64,000 nt of DNA from Candidatus Eiseniibacteriota bacterium (GTDB taxonomy: Bacteria > ARS69), in assembly GCA_052390515.1 (NCBI GenBank), contig JBQTGV010000058.1:27924-91923 (forward strand), written 5' to 3'. A program made the position numbers and the translations under genes. The notes beneath the pieces are model-generated. The model was not told where the DNA came from and did no database searches. It worked only from the letters and a program-made list of their open reading frames with translations. The stretch's first letter is position 1. Every line of letters begins with the position of its first letter. Positions 49,629-58,277 of this stretch are shown piece by piece.

Positions 49629-50972
49629 TCATGGCCCGGCGTCGATCCCGTAGCGATCGAGCCGGCCGTAGAGCGCCCGCCGGGTGATCCCGAGCAGGCG
49701 CGCCGCGCGGGACTTGTTGCCGCCGGCCCGTGCGAGCGCGTCCCGGATCATTCGCTCCTCCGTCTCCGAGAGCGTGCCGGCCGGCTCCGCGCTGCCCGTG
49801 CGCTCGGCGGCACGCCGCGCCGGGACGTGCAGCTCCGCCGGCGTGATCGGCCCGTCCCCGGCCAGGATCACCGCGCGCTCGATCACGTTGCGCAGCTCGC
49901 GCAGGTTGCCCGGCCAGTCGTACGCGGCCAGCGCGCTCCGCGCCGCCGCGTCCAGCCCCGGCCCCGCGTAGCTAGTGCGGTCCAGGAAGTGCAGCGTGAG
50001 CTCGTCCAGATCCTCGAGCCGCTCGCGGAGCGGCGGCAAGGCGATGGGGAAGACGTTCAGCCGGTAGAACAGGTCCTCGCGGAAGGACGACGCGGCGATC
50101 GCCGCGGCCAGGTCCTTGTTCGTGGCGGCGATGACCCGCGCGTCGGCCTCGATCACCGTCGATCCGCCGAGCCGGTGGAAGCGGCGATCCTCGAGCACGC
50201 GCAGGAGCTTCGCCTGAGTGGACGGCCGCGTCTCCGCCACTTCGTCCAGGAAGATCGATCCGCCCTCGGCCACCTCGAACCACCCCCGCTTCCGCTCCAC
50301 CGCGTCCGTGAACGCACCCTTCTCGTGCCCGAAGAGCTCGGACTCGAGCAGCGTCTCGGACAGCGCCGCGCAGTTCACCGCGACGAGCGGCCGGCCGCCT
50401 CGTCGCGAGAGCTCGTGGATCGCGCGGGCGATCACCTCCTTGCCCGTGCCGCTCTCGCCGGTGAGCAGCACCGTGGCGTCGGACGGGGCCACCTTCTCCA
50501 CGAGGGACAAGACGCCGCGCATGGCCGCGCTCCTGCCGCGGACCATCGCTTCGGCGCCGACTTCCCCCGCGCGCACCTTCTCCCGCAGCAGGTGGTTCTC
50601 GTCGGCGAGCCGCCGGTTCTCCAGCGTGCGTTCGATCACGAGCCGCACCTTGTCGAAGTTCAGCGGCTTCTCCAGGTAGTCCGCCGCGCCTTCCTTCATC
50701 GCCGCCACCGCGGTCTGCACCGTCGCGTAGGCGGTCATCATGAGCACGGCAGTGGACGGGTCGGCCTGCTTCGCGCGGCGCAGCACCTCGAGTCCGTCGA
50801 CGGCGCCCAGGCGAAGGTCGGTCAGGACGAGGTCGAAGCGCTTCGCGGCGAGGAGGCGCAACGCCGTGGCCCCGTCGCCGGCGACGGAGGGGTCGTGTCC
50901 CGACTCGGCGAGCTCGTCACGCAGCAGCACCGCGATCTTCTCCTCGTCGTCCACGATCAGGATTCGCGCCAT
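49629..50972 (-). CDS. Sigma54-dependent response regulator (NtrC/AtoC family)
   Basis: Receiver domain, GESGTGKE, ESELFGHEKGAFTDA, FREDLFYRLNV, WPGNLREL and Fis HTH. Confidence 0.95.
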   Translation of the reverse strand: MARILIVDDEEKIAVLLRDELAESGHDPSVAGDGATALRLLAAKRFDLVLTDLRLGAVDGLEVLRRAKQADPSTAVLMMTAYATVQTAVAAMKEGAADYLEKPLNFDKVRLVIERTLENRRLADENHLLREKVRAGEVGAEAMVRGRSAAMRGVLSLVEKVAPSDATVLLTGESGTGKEVIARAIHELSRRGGRPLVAVNCAALSETLLESELFGHEKGAFTDAVERKRGWFEVAEGGSIFLDEVAETRPSTQAKLLRVLEDRRFHRLGGSTVIEADARVIAATNKDLAAAIAASSFREDLFYRLNVFPIALPPLRERLEDLDELTLHFLDRTSYAGPGLDAAARSALAAYDWPGNLRELRNVIERAVILAGDGPITPAELHVPARRAAERTGSAEPAGTLSETEERMIRDALARAGGNKSRAARLLGITRRALYGRLDRYGIDAGP

Positions 50973-50981
50973 CGCTCCCCC

Positions 50982-52316
50982 TCACGAACCGGCTCGGCCC
51001 TCGATCACCGGCAGGGAGACGGTCACCGTCGCGCCGCCGCCCTCCCGGTTCGCGATCGTGATCGTCCCGCCGTGGGCCTCCACGATCCTCTTCGCCAGGA
51101 CGAGGCCGAGGCCCGAGCCCTTTTCCTTGGTGGTGTAGAACGGCTCGAAGGCGCGGGCCAGCTCCTTCGCGGTGAGGCCCCGGCCGCGGTCCGAGACGCG
51201 GACCACCGCGCGGGAGCCCTCCCCGGCGAGCCCGAGCTCCAGTTCCCCTCCGGACGGCATCGCCTGCGCCGCGTTCAGCAGCAGGTTGAGCAGCACCTGC
51301 TGGAGCCGGCGCGGATCGACTTCCGCGCGCACCGCCGCTTCCCCGAGCGCCTTTCGCACGATCACGCCCTTCGCTCCGAACTCCTCCTCGACCAGCCGCG
51401 AGGTGCGCTCCACGATCTCGCGCAGGTCGCAGGGCTCGGGTACGGGCGGCTCGTCCCGGGCGAATCGCAGGTATCCCTCCAGGATGCGGTCCAGCCGCTC
51501 GACCTCCTCCGGGATGAACGCGAAGAGCGGGTCCTCCGCGCCCGCGCCGTACTTCTTCCGCAGCCGGGCGGCCGTGCCGGAGATGATGGAGAGCGGGTTC
51601 CGCACCTCGTGCGCGATCCCCGCGGCCATCATGCCCATCGCGGCGAGCGCCTCGGAACGAGAAAGCAGCCCCTCGGCGGCCACCAGCCGCCGGGACATGC
51701 CGAAGAGCACGCCCCCCAGCAGCGCGACCACCAGAGCGCTCCCGGCGGACACGGCGATCAGCGTGCTGCGCAACGCCGGAACGCGGGCGAAGAAGCCGCC
51801 GCCCGCGCTGACTCCCAGGACTCCGCGGACGCTTCCGTCCCAGTCCTCCACCGGGGCGTAGCCGCTCTTGATCCTGGCGCCGTCCCGCTCCATCGCCGGC
51901 GTCGCGGCCGGCTCGCCCGAGGCGGCCCGCTCGAACGCCGCGCGGTCGAGGTCCAGGAACGGATTGCGCTCGCCGAGCGCCGCGCCGCCGAGATCGAAGC
52001 GGAGCAAGCCCGCGGGGTCCATCAGGAAAACGTCCTCCAGCTCGTGGCGTCGCGCGACGTCCTCCAGGACGCGACGCACGAACGCGTCGTCGGCAACGCC
52101 CGGTTCGAGCAGGAGCGCCGGCGTCGCGGCGTTGACGGCCGCGGCGGCGACGGTGATGAGGCGGAGCCCGAGAGCCTCGTCGAGGGACTCGGTCACGCGC
52201 GTGAGGATGAACCAGTTCGACGCGTTGACCACGAGGAGGATCAATGCGAGCAGGAGAAGCAGGAGGAGCGGACCCCGCCGCCGACCGGGCACGGTCGACT
52301 CGCCCCGCGGACCCAC
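50982..52316 (-). CDS. Sensor histidine kinase
   Basis: Two TMs, AHEVRNPL, NLLLNA.QA, D.G.G and FEPFYTTKEKGSGLGL motifs. Confidence 0.93.
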   Translation of the reverse strand: MGPRGESTVPGRRRGPLLLLLLLALILLVVNASNWFILTRVTESLDEALGLRLITVAAAAVNAATPALLLEPGVADDAFVRRVLEDVARRHELEDVFLMDPAGLLRFDLGGAALGERNPFLDLDRAAFERAASGEPAATPAMERDGARIKSGYAPVEDWDGSVRGVLGVSAGGGFFARVPALRSTLIAVSAGSALVVALLGGVLFGMSRRLVAAEGLLSRSEALAAMGMMAAGIAHEVRNPLSIISGTAARLRKKYGAGAEDPLFAFIPEEVERLDRILEGYLRFARDEPPVPEPCDLREIVERTSRLVEEEFGAKGVIVRKALGEAAVRAEVDPRRLQQVLLNLLLNAAQAMPSGGELELGLAGEGSRAVVRVSDRGRGLTAKELARAFEPFYTTKEKGSGLGLVLAKRIVEAHGGTITIANREGGGATVTVSLPVIEGRAGS

Positions 52317-52348
52317 GACCAGCGACCTCCCGCGTCAGCGCTCCGCCG

Positions 52349-54520
52349 TCAGCGCCGCAGCTCCCACAACGTCTCGTCGTGTAGGTGATCCCACATGCGC
52401 TCGAGGACCTTGCCGTCCGGCATCGGCACGCGGGCGAAGCCGCGCCACTCGCCGCCGGCGGCGGTGAACAGCACCACCGTGCTGCCGGCGGGCGGGATCT
52501 GGGCCCGGTCGCGGTCGGCGAACCAGGCCGGGAAGCTGAAGGAGAAGATCCAGTTCTGGCGGTCGATCACGCGCTGCAGGTCCGCCTTGGCCACGGGTTC
52601 GCCGAGCTGCGGCTCGATCTGCTTCCACGCGTCGAGCGGGAAGCGCAGCCACATCTCCTTCGCGTCAGGGAAGGTCAGCGAGGCGCGGCCCATCGCCTTG
52701 GTCCACGACTCGGCGAACGGTCCACTCGGAGAGATCGTCAACGTGCCGCTGCCGATCAGGCACGCGCCGCTCGGACCCTGCTCCGAGGCGTACGGGACGA
52801 TCCAGCCGTCGAAGTTCTCGATCGACGCGTCGGTGAGCTGCAGCCGGAATCCCCGGACCGTGCGCGCTCCGGAGCGGTAGCTGGAGAAGGGGTACGACGG
52901 GACGGTCTTCGCCCCCGCGCCCGCCGCGGCCGGCTGCACCTGGACGCTCTCCCCACTGAGATCGCGCTGCGGCACCATCCCGTTCGGATCCAGGACGACC
53001 CGCGCGATCCTCTCCGGATCGCCGAAGCGGAGCGTCTTCGACTCGCCGGCGGCGAGAGCGACGCGCGTCTCGTAGATCACCTCTCCGCTCGCGTCGTACG
53101 TGACGATCTCCGACCAGCCACCCGCCTTCCCGCGATTCTCGACGGTCACGAAGCAGCGCATGCCGCCCATGTCCGTCTTCTTCGTCTCGTGGCCGACGAT
53201 CCGGAAGTCGGGCAGGTCGGAGGTCAACAGCAGCGGCTCGATCGCCTCCGCCAGCCCTTCACGTGAGGAAGCGCGGAACGCCGGCCAGTCCATTCCGGAG
53301 GCGTGCTTGTCTCGCAGGCCGCGCAGGTGCATGAGCCAGTTGGTTCGATCGGAGGCGAAGGAGCCGGCCAGCTGGTGCGCGACCAGCGCGCCGCGGGTGG
53401 CCAGCAGCGGCGCCGCGTCCGGCGAAGCCGGCGACACGCCGGCGAGGGCCCGGTCTGCCACGCGCGCGAACGCGTCGCGGCGGGCGCGCAGGGTCACCGC
53501 CTCGACCGCGCCGGACCCGCTCGAGGCCGCCCAGGCCGCGAAACCCACGTCGCCCAGGTAGTGGGCGATTCCCCGTGACAGGAACGCCGCGAGATCGCCT
53601 CGGAAGTCCGCGCACTCCGTCCAGTGCGCCGTGGCGACGGCGCCGGCGAGATCCCGCCCGCGGAGTAGCGCGGCGTCGCCCTTGCCGGAGGCGCCCGCCT
53701 TCCCGTCCCAGAACACGGTTCTCGCGCCGCCCGCCGGGACCGCGACGCCGGCGTCGACGAGCTTCCACGCATTCGCCCCTCGCGCCGGACCGACGCCGAC
53801 CTCGATCGTGCGGATCAGTCCGGCGATCATGTCGACGTCCGGGACCGGACCGGACGAACCCGAACGGCGCCACACCTCGAACGCGACCGGCGCGCCGGGA
53901 GTGCCGCGGCCTTCCGCCGCCGTGGCCTCGAGTGCACCCCACACCGCGTAAGGGCGAGCGGGAGTCTCGGTCCTCCAGGCGCCGTCCGCGCTGCGGGCTC
54001 CAGCCGCAACGCCCGCGAGACCGGCCGGCAAAGCGAACGTCGTCGCGTGCGGCACCCCGACTTCGGAGGTCGCGTCGATTTGCGGAAACCAGCCCGAGCC
54101 GGGGAGCAGCGCTCCGCCGGCCGCGTCCAGGCGAAGATCTCCGCGCGTGGCGGTCGACGCGCGCGCCCGGACGGTGAGCGGGACCGACTTGCCGGCAGCG
54201 AGCTTGGCGGGGAGCCGCACTTCCCACGAGCGGAGGCCCGCGCCGGGGACTTCCTTCGACGCGACGTCGAGCGGCTTCTTGCCCGACTCCACCGCGAAGA
54301 CGTCGAGCTCCTTCGCCAGATAGAAGCGAAGCGAGGTGCGCTGCTCCGCGGCCTTCCACGCGAGCTCGTACGCGAACCCGGCCGTGCCGGGCGTTCGCGC
54401 GTCGACGGCGATGCGCACGTCCGACAGCGTATCCGCCGCGGCCGGCTCGCCGGCAACGAGCAGCATGCTCACCGCGGCGAACGTGATCCGGAACGGGCGT
54501 GGCAACGCTCCGGTTCTCAT
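52349..54520 (-). CDS. Exported protein, degenerate M1 aminopeptidase-like scaffold
   Basis: Signal peptide, WFP motif and M1-like spacing, but the Zn ligands are replaced. Confidence 0.65.
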   Translation of the reverse strand: MRTGALPRPFRITFAAVSMLLVAGEPAAADTLSDVRIAVDARTPGTAGFAYELAWKAAEQRTSLRFYLAKELDVFAVESGKKPLDVASKEVPGAGLRSWEVRLPAKLAAGKSVPLTVRARASTATRGDLRLDAAGGALLPGSGWFPQIDATSEVGVPHATTFALPAGLAGVAAGARSADGAWRTETPARPYAVWGALEATAAEGRGTPGAPVAFEVWRRSGSSGPVPDVDMIAGLIRTIEVGVGPARGANAWKLVDAGVAVPAGGARTVFWDGKAGASGKGDAALLRGRDLAGAVATAHWTECADFRGDLAAFLSRGIAHYLGDVGFAAWAASSGSGAVEAVTLRARRDAFARVADRALAGVSPASPDAAPLLATRGALVAHQLAGSFASDRTNWLMHLRGLRDKHASGMDWPAFRASSREGLAEAIEPLLLTSDLPDFRIVGHETKKTDMGGMRCFVTVENRGKAGGWSEIVTYDASGEVIYETRVALAAGESKTLRFGDPERIARVVLDPNGMVPQRDLSGESVQVQPAAAGAGAKTVPSYPFSSYRSGARTVRGFRLQLTDASIENFDGWIVPYASEQGPSGACLIGSGTLTISPSGPFAESWTKAMGRASLTFPDAKEMWLRFPLDAWKQIEPQLGEPVAKADLQRVIDRQNWIFSFSFPAWFADRDRAQIPPAGSTVVLFTAAGGEWRGFARVPMPDGKVLERMWDHLHDETLWELRR

Positions 54521-54840
54521 AGGACGCGGTCGAAGCGCTTCTTGAGCTCCGGCTTCGACGCGGCTCCGATCACCTGGTCCACCTTCTCTCCGCCTTTGAA
54601 GAACAGCAGCGTGGGGATGGACCGGACCTGGAAGCGCATCGACGTGGCCGGGTTCTCGTCGACGTTGATCTTGGTCACCTTCACCCGGCCGTGATACTCG
54701 CCGGCCAGCTCATCCAAGACCGGATCGATCAGCCGGCACGGCCCGCACCACTCGGCCCAGAAGTCCACCACGACCGGCACGTTCCCCTGAAGGACTTCCT
54801 CCTCGAACGTGTCGTCCGTGACTGCCAGTGCGTTGCTCAT
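54517..54840 (-). CDS. trxA: Thioredoxin
   Basis: VDFWAEWCGPC and IPT motifs; GGAGGAG RBS. Confidence 0.96.
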   Translation of the reverse strand: MSNALAVTDDTFEEEVLQGNVPVVVDFWAEWCGPCRLIDPVLDELAGEYHGRVKVTKINVDENPATSMRFQVRSIPTLLFFKGGEKVDQVIGAASKPELKKRFDRVL

Positions 54841-54885
54841 CGTTGTGCTCCTCCCGGGGTCGAATCCCCTCCGTACATCGTTCGT

Positions 54886-55152
54886 TCAGCCGTCACCGTG
54901 CCTGTCGCGCTCGCGCCGCAGAAGGTCCTGCAGCCGGATTCGGATGTCCACGGGAAGAGACGTCGCCGTCCCTTCCCGGTAGAGCCGAATGACTTGCCGG
55001 ACGCTGTCGACGTGGACGCGGCAGTCCGGGCAGCGCTCCAGGTGCGTCTCCAGTTCCCTGCACAGTGCGTCGCGAAGCTCCTGATCGAGGTAATCGCCCA
55101 GAAGCTCGTGCACCTTCCTGCAATCGAAATGCTTCCCGCATTCCCCGCTCAT
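54886..55152 (-). CDS. Zinc-binding anti-sigma factor (zf-HC2)
   Basis: HLERCPDC motif; overlaps the sigma factor stop; no TM. Confidence 0.88.
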   Translation of the reverse strand: MSGECGKHFDCRKVHELLGDYLDQELRDALCRELETHLERCPDCRVHVDSVRQVIRLYREGTATSLPVDIRIRLQDLLRRERDRHGDG

Positions 55153-55757
55153 GTGCGCTTCGCCCCGTCGTGCCGGCCGCGATCCCGGTGGAGCGCCGAC
55201 AGCCGGTCGCGCAGGTACAGGCGGGCCCGGTGCAGCCGCGACTTCACCGCCCCCACGCTGATCTCCAACACGTCAGCGACCTCCGCGTTCGTCAGTCCGT
55301 CGATGTCCCGCATCGCGAAAACCGCGCGGTGCTCCTCCGGCATTTCCGCCAGGAGCCGCTGGAGGATGTCGAGGAGCTCACGCTCCTCGACCTCTTCGAG
55401 CGCGCTCCGCGAGAAGTCCCGGATGGACTCCGCTGGGTTCTCGGAATCGCGGCCGAGCGCATCCTCCAGGAACACCTCGCGCGTGCGGCGGGCACGCCGG
55501 AGGCGCATGAGCGCCTCGTTCGTCGCGATCCGGTACACCCACGTCGAGAACCGCGAGCGTTCCTCGAACCGCCCCAGGTTCCGGTAGACCTGAACGAACG
55601 TGTCCTGAAGGACCTCCTCGGCGTCCTGGGAATTCCCCATGAGCCTCAACGCGTGGTGGTAAACCCTCCCCTGGTGCCGCTCCAGCAGCTCTTGAAACGC
55701 GGCCTCGTCCCCGTCCCGGGCACGGCGCACCAAGTCTTGGTCGCTCGCCTCGGTCAT
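55149..55757 (-). CDS. ECF RNA polymerase sigma factor
   Basis: DAEEVLQDTF, FSTWVYRIA.N and G.VKSRLHRAR motifs. Alternative start at 55805. Confidence 0.93.
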   Translation of the reverse strand: MTEASDQDLVRRARDGDEAAFQELLERHQGRVYHHALRLMGNSQDAEEVLQDTFVQVYRNLGRFEERSRFSTWVYRIATNEALMRLRRARRTREVFLEDALGRDSENPAESIRDFSRSALEEVEERELLDILQRLLAEMPEEHRAVFAMRDIDGLTNAEVADVLEISVGAVKSRLHRARLYLRDRLSALHRDRGRHDGAKRT

Positions 55758-55925
55758 GGGACTCCGGGTGTGGGATGACGGTTCCCGGTCGGCGGATTCG
55801 GTCACAGACGGGTCCGAAGAGGCTACCGGCCTCGAGAGGGTCGGTCAAGGTGCCCGGCGGCGCGCCGCGCCCCGCGCACGTTCCGTAGTAAGATGCCCGC
55901 CGGTCGCTGCGTGCACGAGGTGACG

Positions 55926-57413
55926 ATGGGACCCGATGGAGTGACGCTGTTCTCGATCGAAGGCTTCCCCGTCGCCCTCTACCTCGTCCTGTGGGCCGTG
56001 TTCGCCTTGCTCGGAGTGCGGCGCATCTGGCTGGTCTGGCTGTACCGGCGGCCCCGGCGCGCTCCGGCTCCGCCGCCCTGCGCCGCGGTCACCGACCTCC
56101 CGCTCGTGACCGTTCAGCTGCCCATCTACAACGAGCGTTACGTGGTGCGCCGCCTGCTCCGCGCCGTCGCGGCGCTGGAGTGGCCGCGGGACCGGCTGGA
56201 GATCCAGGTCCTGGACGATTCCACCGACGACACTGCCGAGACCGCCGCGGAGGAAGTGGCGAAGCTGCGCCGGAGCGGCCTCGACATCGTTCACCTTCGC
56301 CGGCCCACGCGCGAAGGCTACAAGGCGGGAGCGCTGGCGTGGGGCACGGAGCGTGCGCGGGGCGACCTGCTCATGATCTTCGACGCCGATTTCGTCCCCG
56401 AGCCGGACCTGCTGCGGCGAATCGCGCCGCGCTTCCGGGACCCGCGCGTGGGCATGGTGCAGGTGCGCTGGGAGCACCTCAACGCGGACCGGTCCCTGCT
56501 CGCCCGCGTCCAGGCCATCGCCCTGGATGGCCACTTCGTCGTCGAGCACGAAGCCCGCTCGAAGCACGGCCTGTTCTTCAACTTCAACGGAACGGCGGGA
56601 GTGTGGAGGCGCGCGTGCATCGAGTCGGCCGGGGGCTGGCAGCACGACACGCTCACCGAGGACCTGGATCTCTCCTACCGCGCGCAGCTCGGCGGATGGA
56701 AGTTCGAGTACCTGACGGACGTGACCTGCCCGTCCGAGCTCCCCCTGGACATGCGCGCATTCAAGAGCCAGCAGTTCCGCTGGATGAAGGGATCCGCGCA
56801 GGTGGCGAAGAAGATCCTACCGCTCGTCTGGCGCTCGGAACTGCCGGTCGCGCGCAAGCTCGAGCTGTCCGTGCACCTGACGCAGAACCTGAGCTTCCCG
56901 CTCGTGCTGGTGCTGTCGCTCTGCGCGTACCCCACGGCGCTCGTGAACACCGGGTGGATCGCCTCGCCGTGGCTGCAGCTCCCGCTCATCGGGTTGGCCA
57001 CGGGATCGGTGCTGCTGTTCTACGGCGCCGCGCTGGCCGGCGTACGTCCGGACTGGAAGAGCTGGCTGCGCTACCTGCCGGCGCTCCTGTCCGTCGCCGT
57101 GGGACTCTCGGTGAACAACACGCTCGCCGTCCTGGACGGGCTCGCCGGCCGGCCGAGTCCGTTCATCCGCACGCCGAAGCTCGATCTCGCCGACCCCGGC
57201 GCGCCCGTGGCCCGGACGTATCGCCTGGGAGCGAGCTGGACGTCCGCGGGCGAGCTCGGGCTCGCCGCGTACTTCGTGGCCGCCTTCGCCGTGGTGCTCG
57301 CCGAGGGGATCCTGTGGGGCGTGCCCTTTCTCTCCGTCTTCCTCTTCGGCTACCTGTACGTGGGACTGCTCTCCGCCGGTCTCCCGCTTCCGCGGCGCGC
57401 CTCGTCGGGATGA
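55926..57413 (+). CDS. Processive-type GT2 glycosyltransferase (cellulose synthase-like)
   Basis: QLPIYNE, DDSTD, KAG, DAD, TED and QQFRW motifs; TMs. Confidence 0.92.
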   Translation: MGPDGVTLFSIEGFPVALYLVLWAVFALLGVRRIWLVWLYRRPRRAPAPPPCAAVTDLPLVTVQLPIYNERYVVRRLLRAVAALEWPRDRLEIQVLDDSTDDTAETAAEEVAKLRRSGLDIVHLRRPTREGYKAGALAWGTERARGDLLMIFDADFVPEPDLLRRIAPRFRDPRVGMVQVRWEHLNADRSLLARVQAIALDGHFVVEHEARSKHGLFFNFNGTAGVWRRACIESAGGWQHDTLTEDLDLSYRAQLGGWKFEYLTDVTCPSELPLDMRAFKSQQFRWMKGSAQVAKKILPLVWRSELPVARKLELSVHLTQNLSFPLVLVLSLCAYPTALVNTGWIASPWLQLPLIGLATGSVLLFYGAALAGVRPDWKSWLRYLPALLSVAVGLSVNNTLAVLDGLAGRPSPFIRTPKLDLADPGAPVARTYRLGASWTSAGELGLAAYFVAAFAVVLAEGILWGVPFLSVFLFGYLYVGLLSAGLPLPRRASSG

Positions 57414-58117
57414 GCGGGCGGCCGCCGCGAATCTCGGTCGTCATTCCCGCGCTGAACGAGGAAGCTTCGCTTCCGCTCGTGCTCGCCGCCATCCCCCCGG
57501 GCATCGTTTCCGAGATCGTCGTAGCCGACAACGGATCCACCGACGGCACCGCGCGCGTCGCGCGGGAGCACGGGGCACGCGTCGTGCACGCACCGGTGCG
57601 CGGCGACGGAAGCGCGTGTCTCGCCGGCATCGCGGCGCTCGACGCACCGGACGTCGTCGCGTTCCTCGATGCGGATTTCTCCGACCATCCCGAAGAGTTG
57701 CCGCGGGTGCTCTCGCCGATCCTGGAGGGCCGCGCCGACCTCGTCATCGGAAGCCGCATGCTCGGACTCCGGGAGCCCGGCGCCATGCTCCCCCAGGCGC
57801 TGCTCGGCAACCGCCTGGCCACGTTCCTGATCCGCCTGTTCTGGGGCGTGCGCTTCACCGACCTCGGGCCGTTCCGGGCGATCCGCGCCGACGCGTTGCG
57901 CGACCTCGCCATGGCCGACCGCGACTTCGGCTGGACCGTGGAGATGCAGGTGAGGGCCGCCCGCCGCGGCCTCCGCTGCGTCGAGGTGCCGGTGAGCTAC
58001 CGCCGGCGCGTGGGGCGGTCGAAGATCACCGGCACGATCCGCGGGACGCTGCGCGCGTCGCACAAGATCCTGGCGACGATCTTTCGCGAAGCGCTGCGGC
58101 GAGAAGGACTGCGCTGA
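57410..58117 (+). CDS. GT2 glycosyltransferase (polyprenol-phosphate sugar synthase-like)
   Basis: IPALNEE, DNGSTD, DAD, GSR, TDLGPFR and GWTVEMQ motifs; ATGA overlap with the upstream gene. Confidence 0.9.
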   Translation: MSGRPPRISVVIPALNEEASLPLVLAAIPPGIVSEIVVADNGSTDGTARVAREHGARVVHAPVRGDGSACLAGIAALDAPDVVAFLDADFSDHPEELPRVLSPILEGRADLVIGSRMLGLREPGAMLPQALLGNRLATFLIRLFWGVRFTDLGPFRAIRADALRDLAMADRDFGWTVEMQVRAARRGLRCVEVPVSYRRRVGRSKITGTIRGTLRASHKILATIFREALRREGLR

Positions 58118-58277
58118 TGTTCCGTCTCGGAGAAAGTGTCACAGACGGCCGAGCGTCGTGGCCGCCGGCGACGGAGCCACGGACGGCGGAGGCCCGGCGG
58201 CGACATCCGAGCGAGCCACGACGGCGAGCGAGGTTGAGCGAGGCCGTCCGTGACACTTTCTCCGAGACGGAAGATCA
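58115..58277. repeat. 163-bp palindromic repeat (MITE/REP-like), copy 2
   Basis: 36-bp inverted arms at 58115-58150 and 58242-58277 (2 mismatches); interior homologous to 43504-43666. Confidence 0.85.

Noticed and set aside
54850-54875. GGTCGAATCCC resembling a tRNA T-loop
   Set aside because: There is no cloverleaf or acceptor stem; the short spacer contains the trxA RBS.
57598-57625. GT2 motif reads RGDGSAC instead of the usual RGYGSAC
   Set aside because: A single substitution cannot be distinguished from drift or sequencing error.
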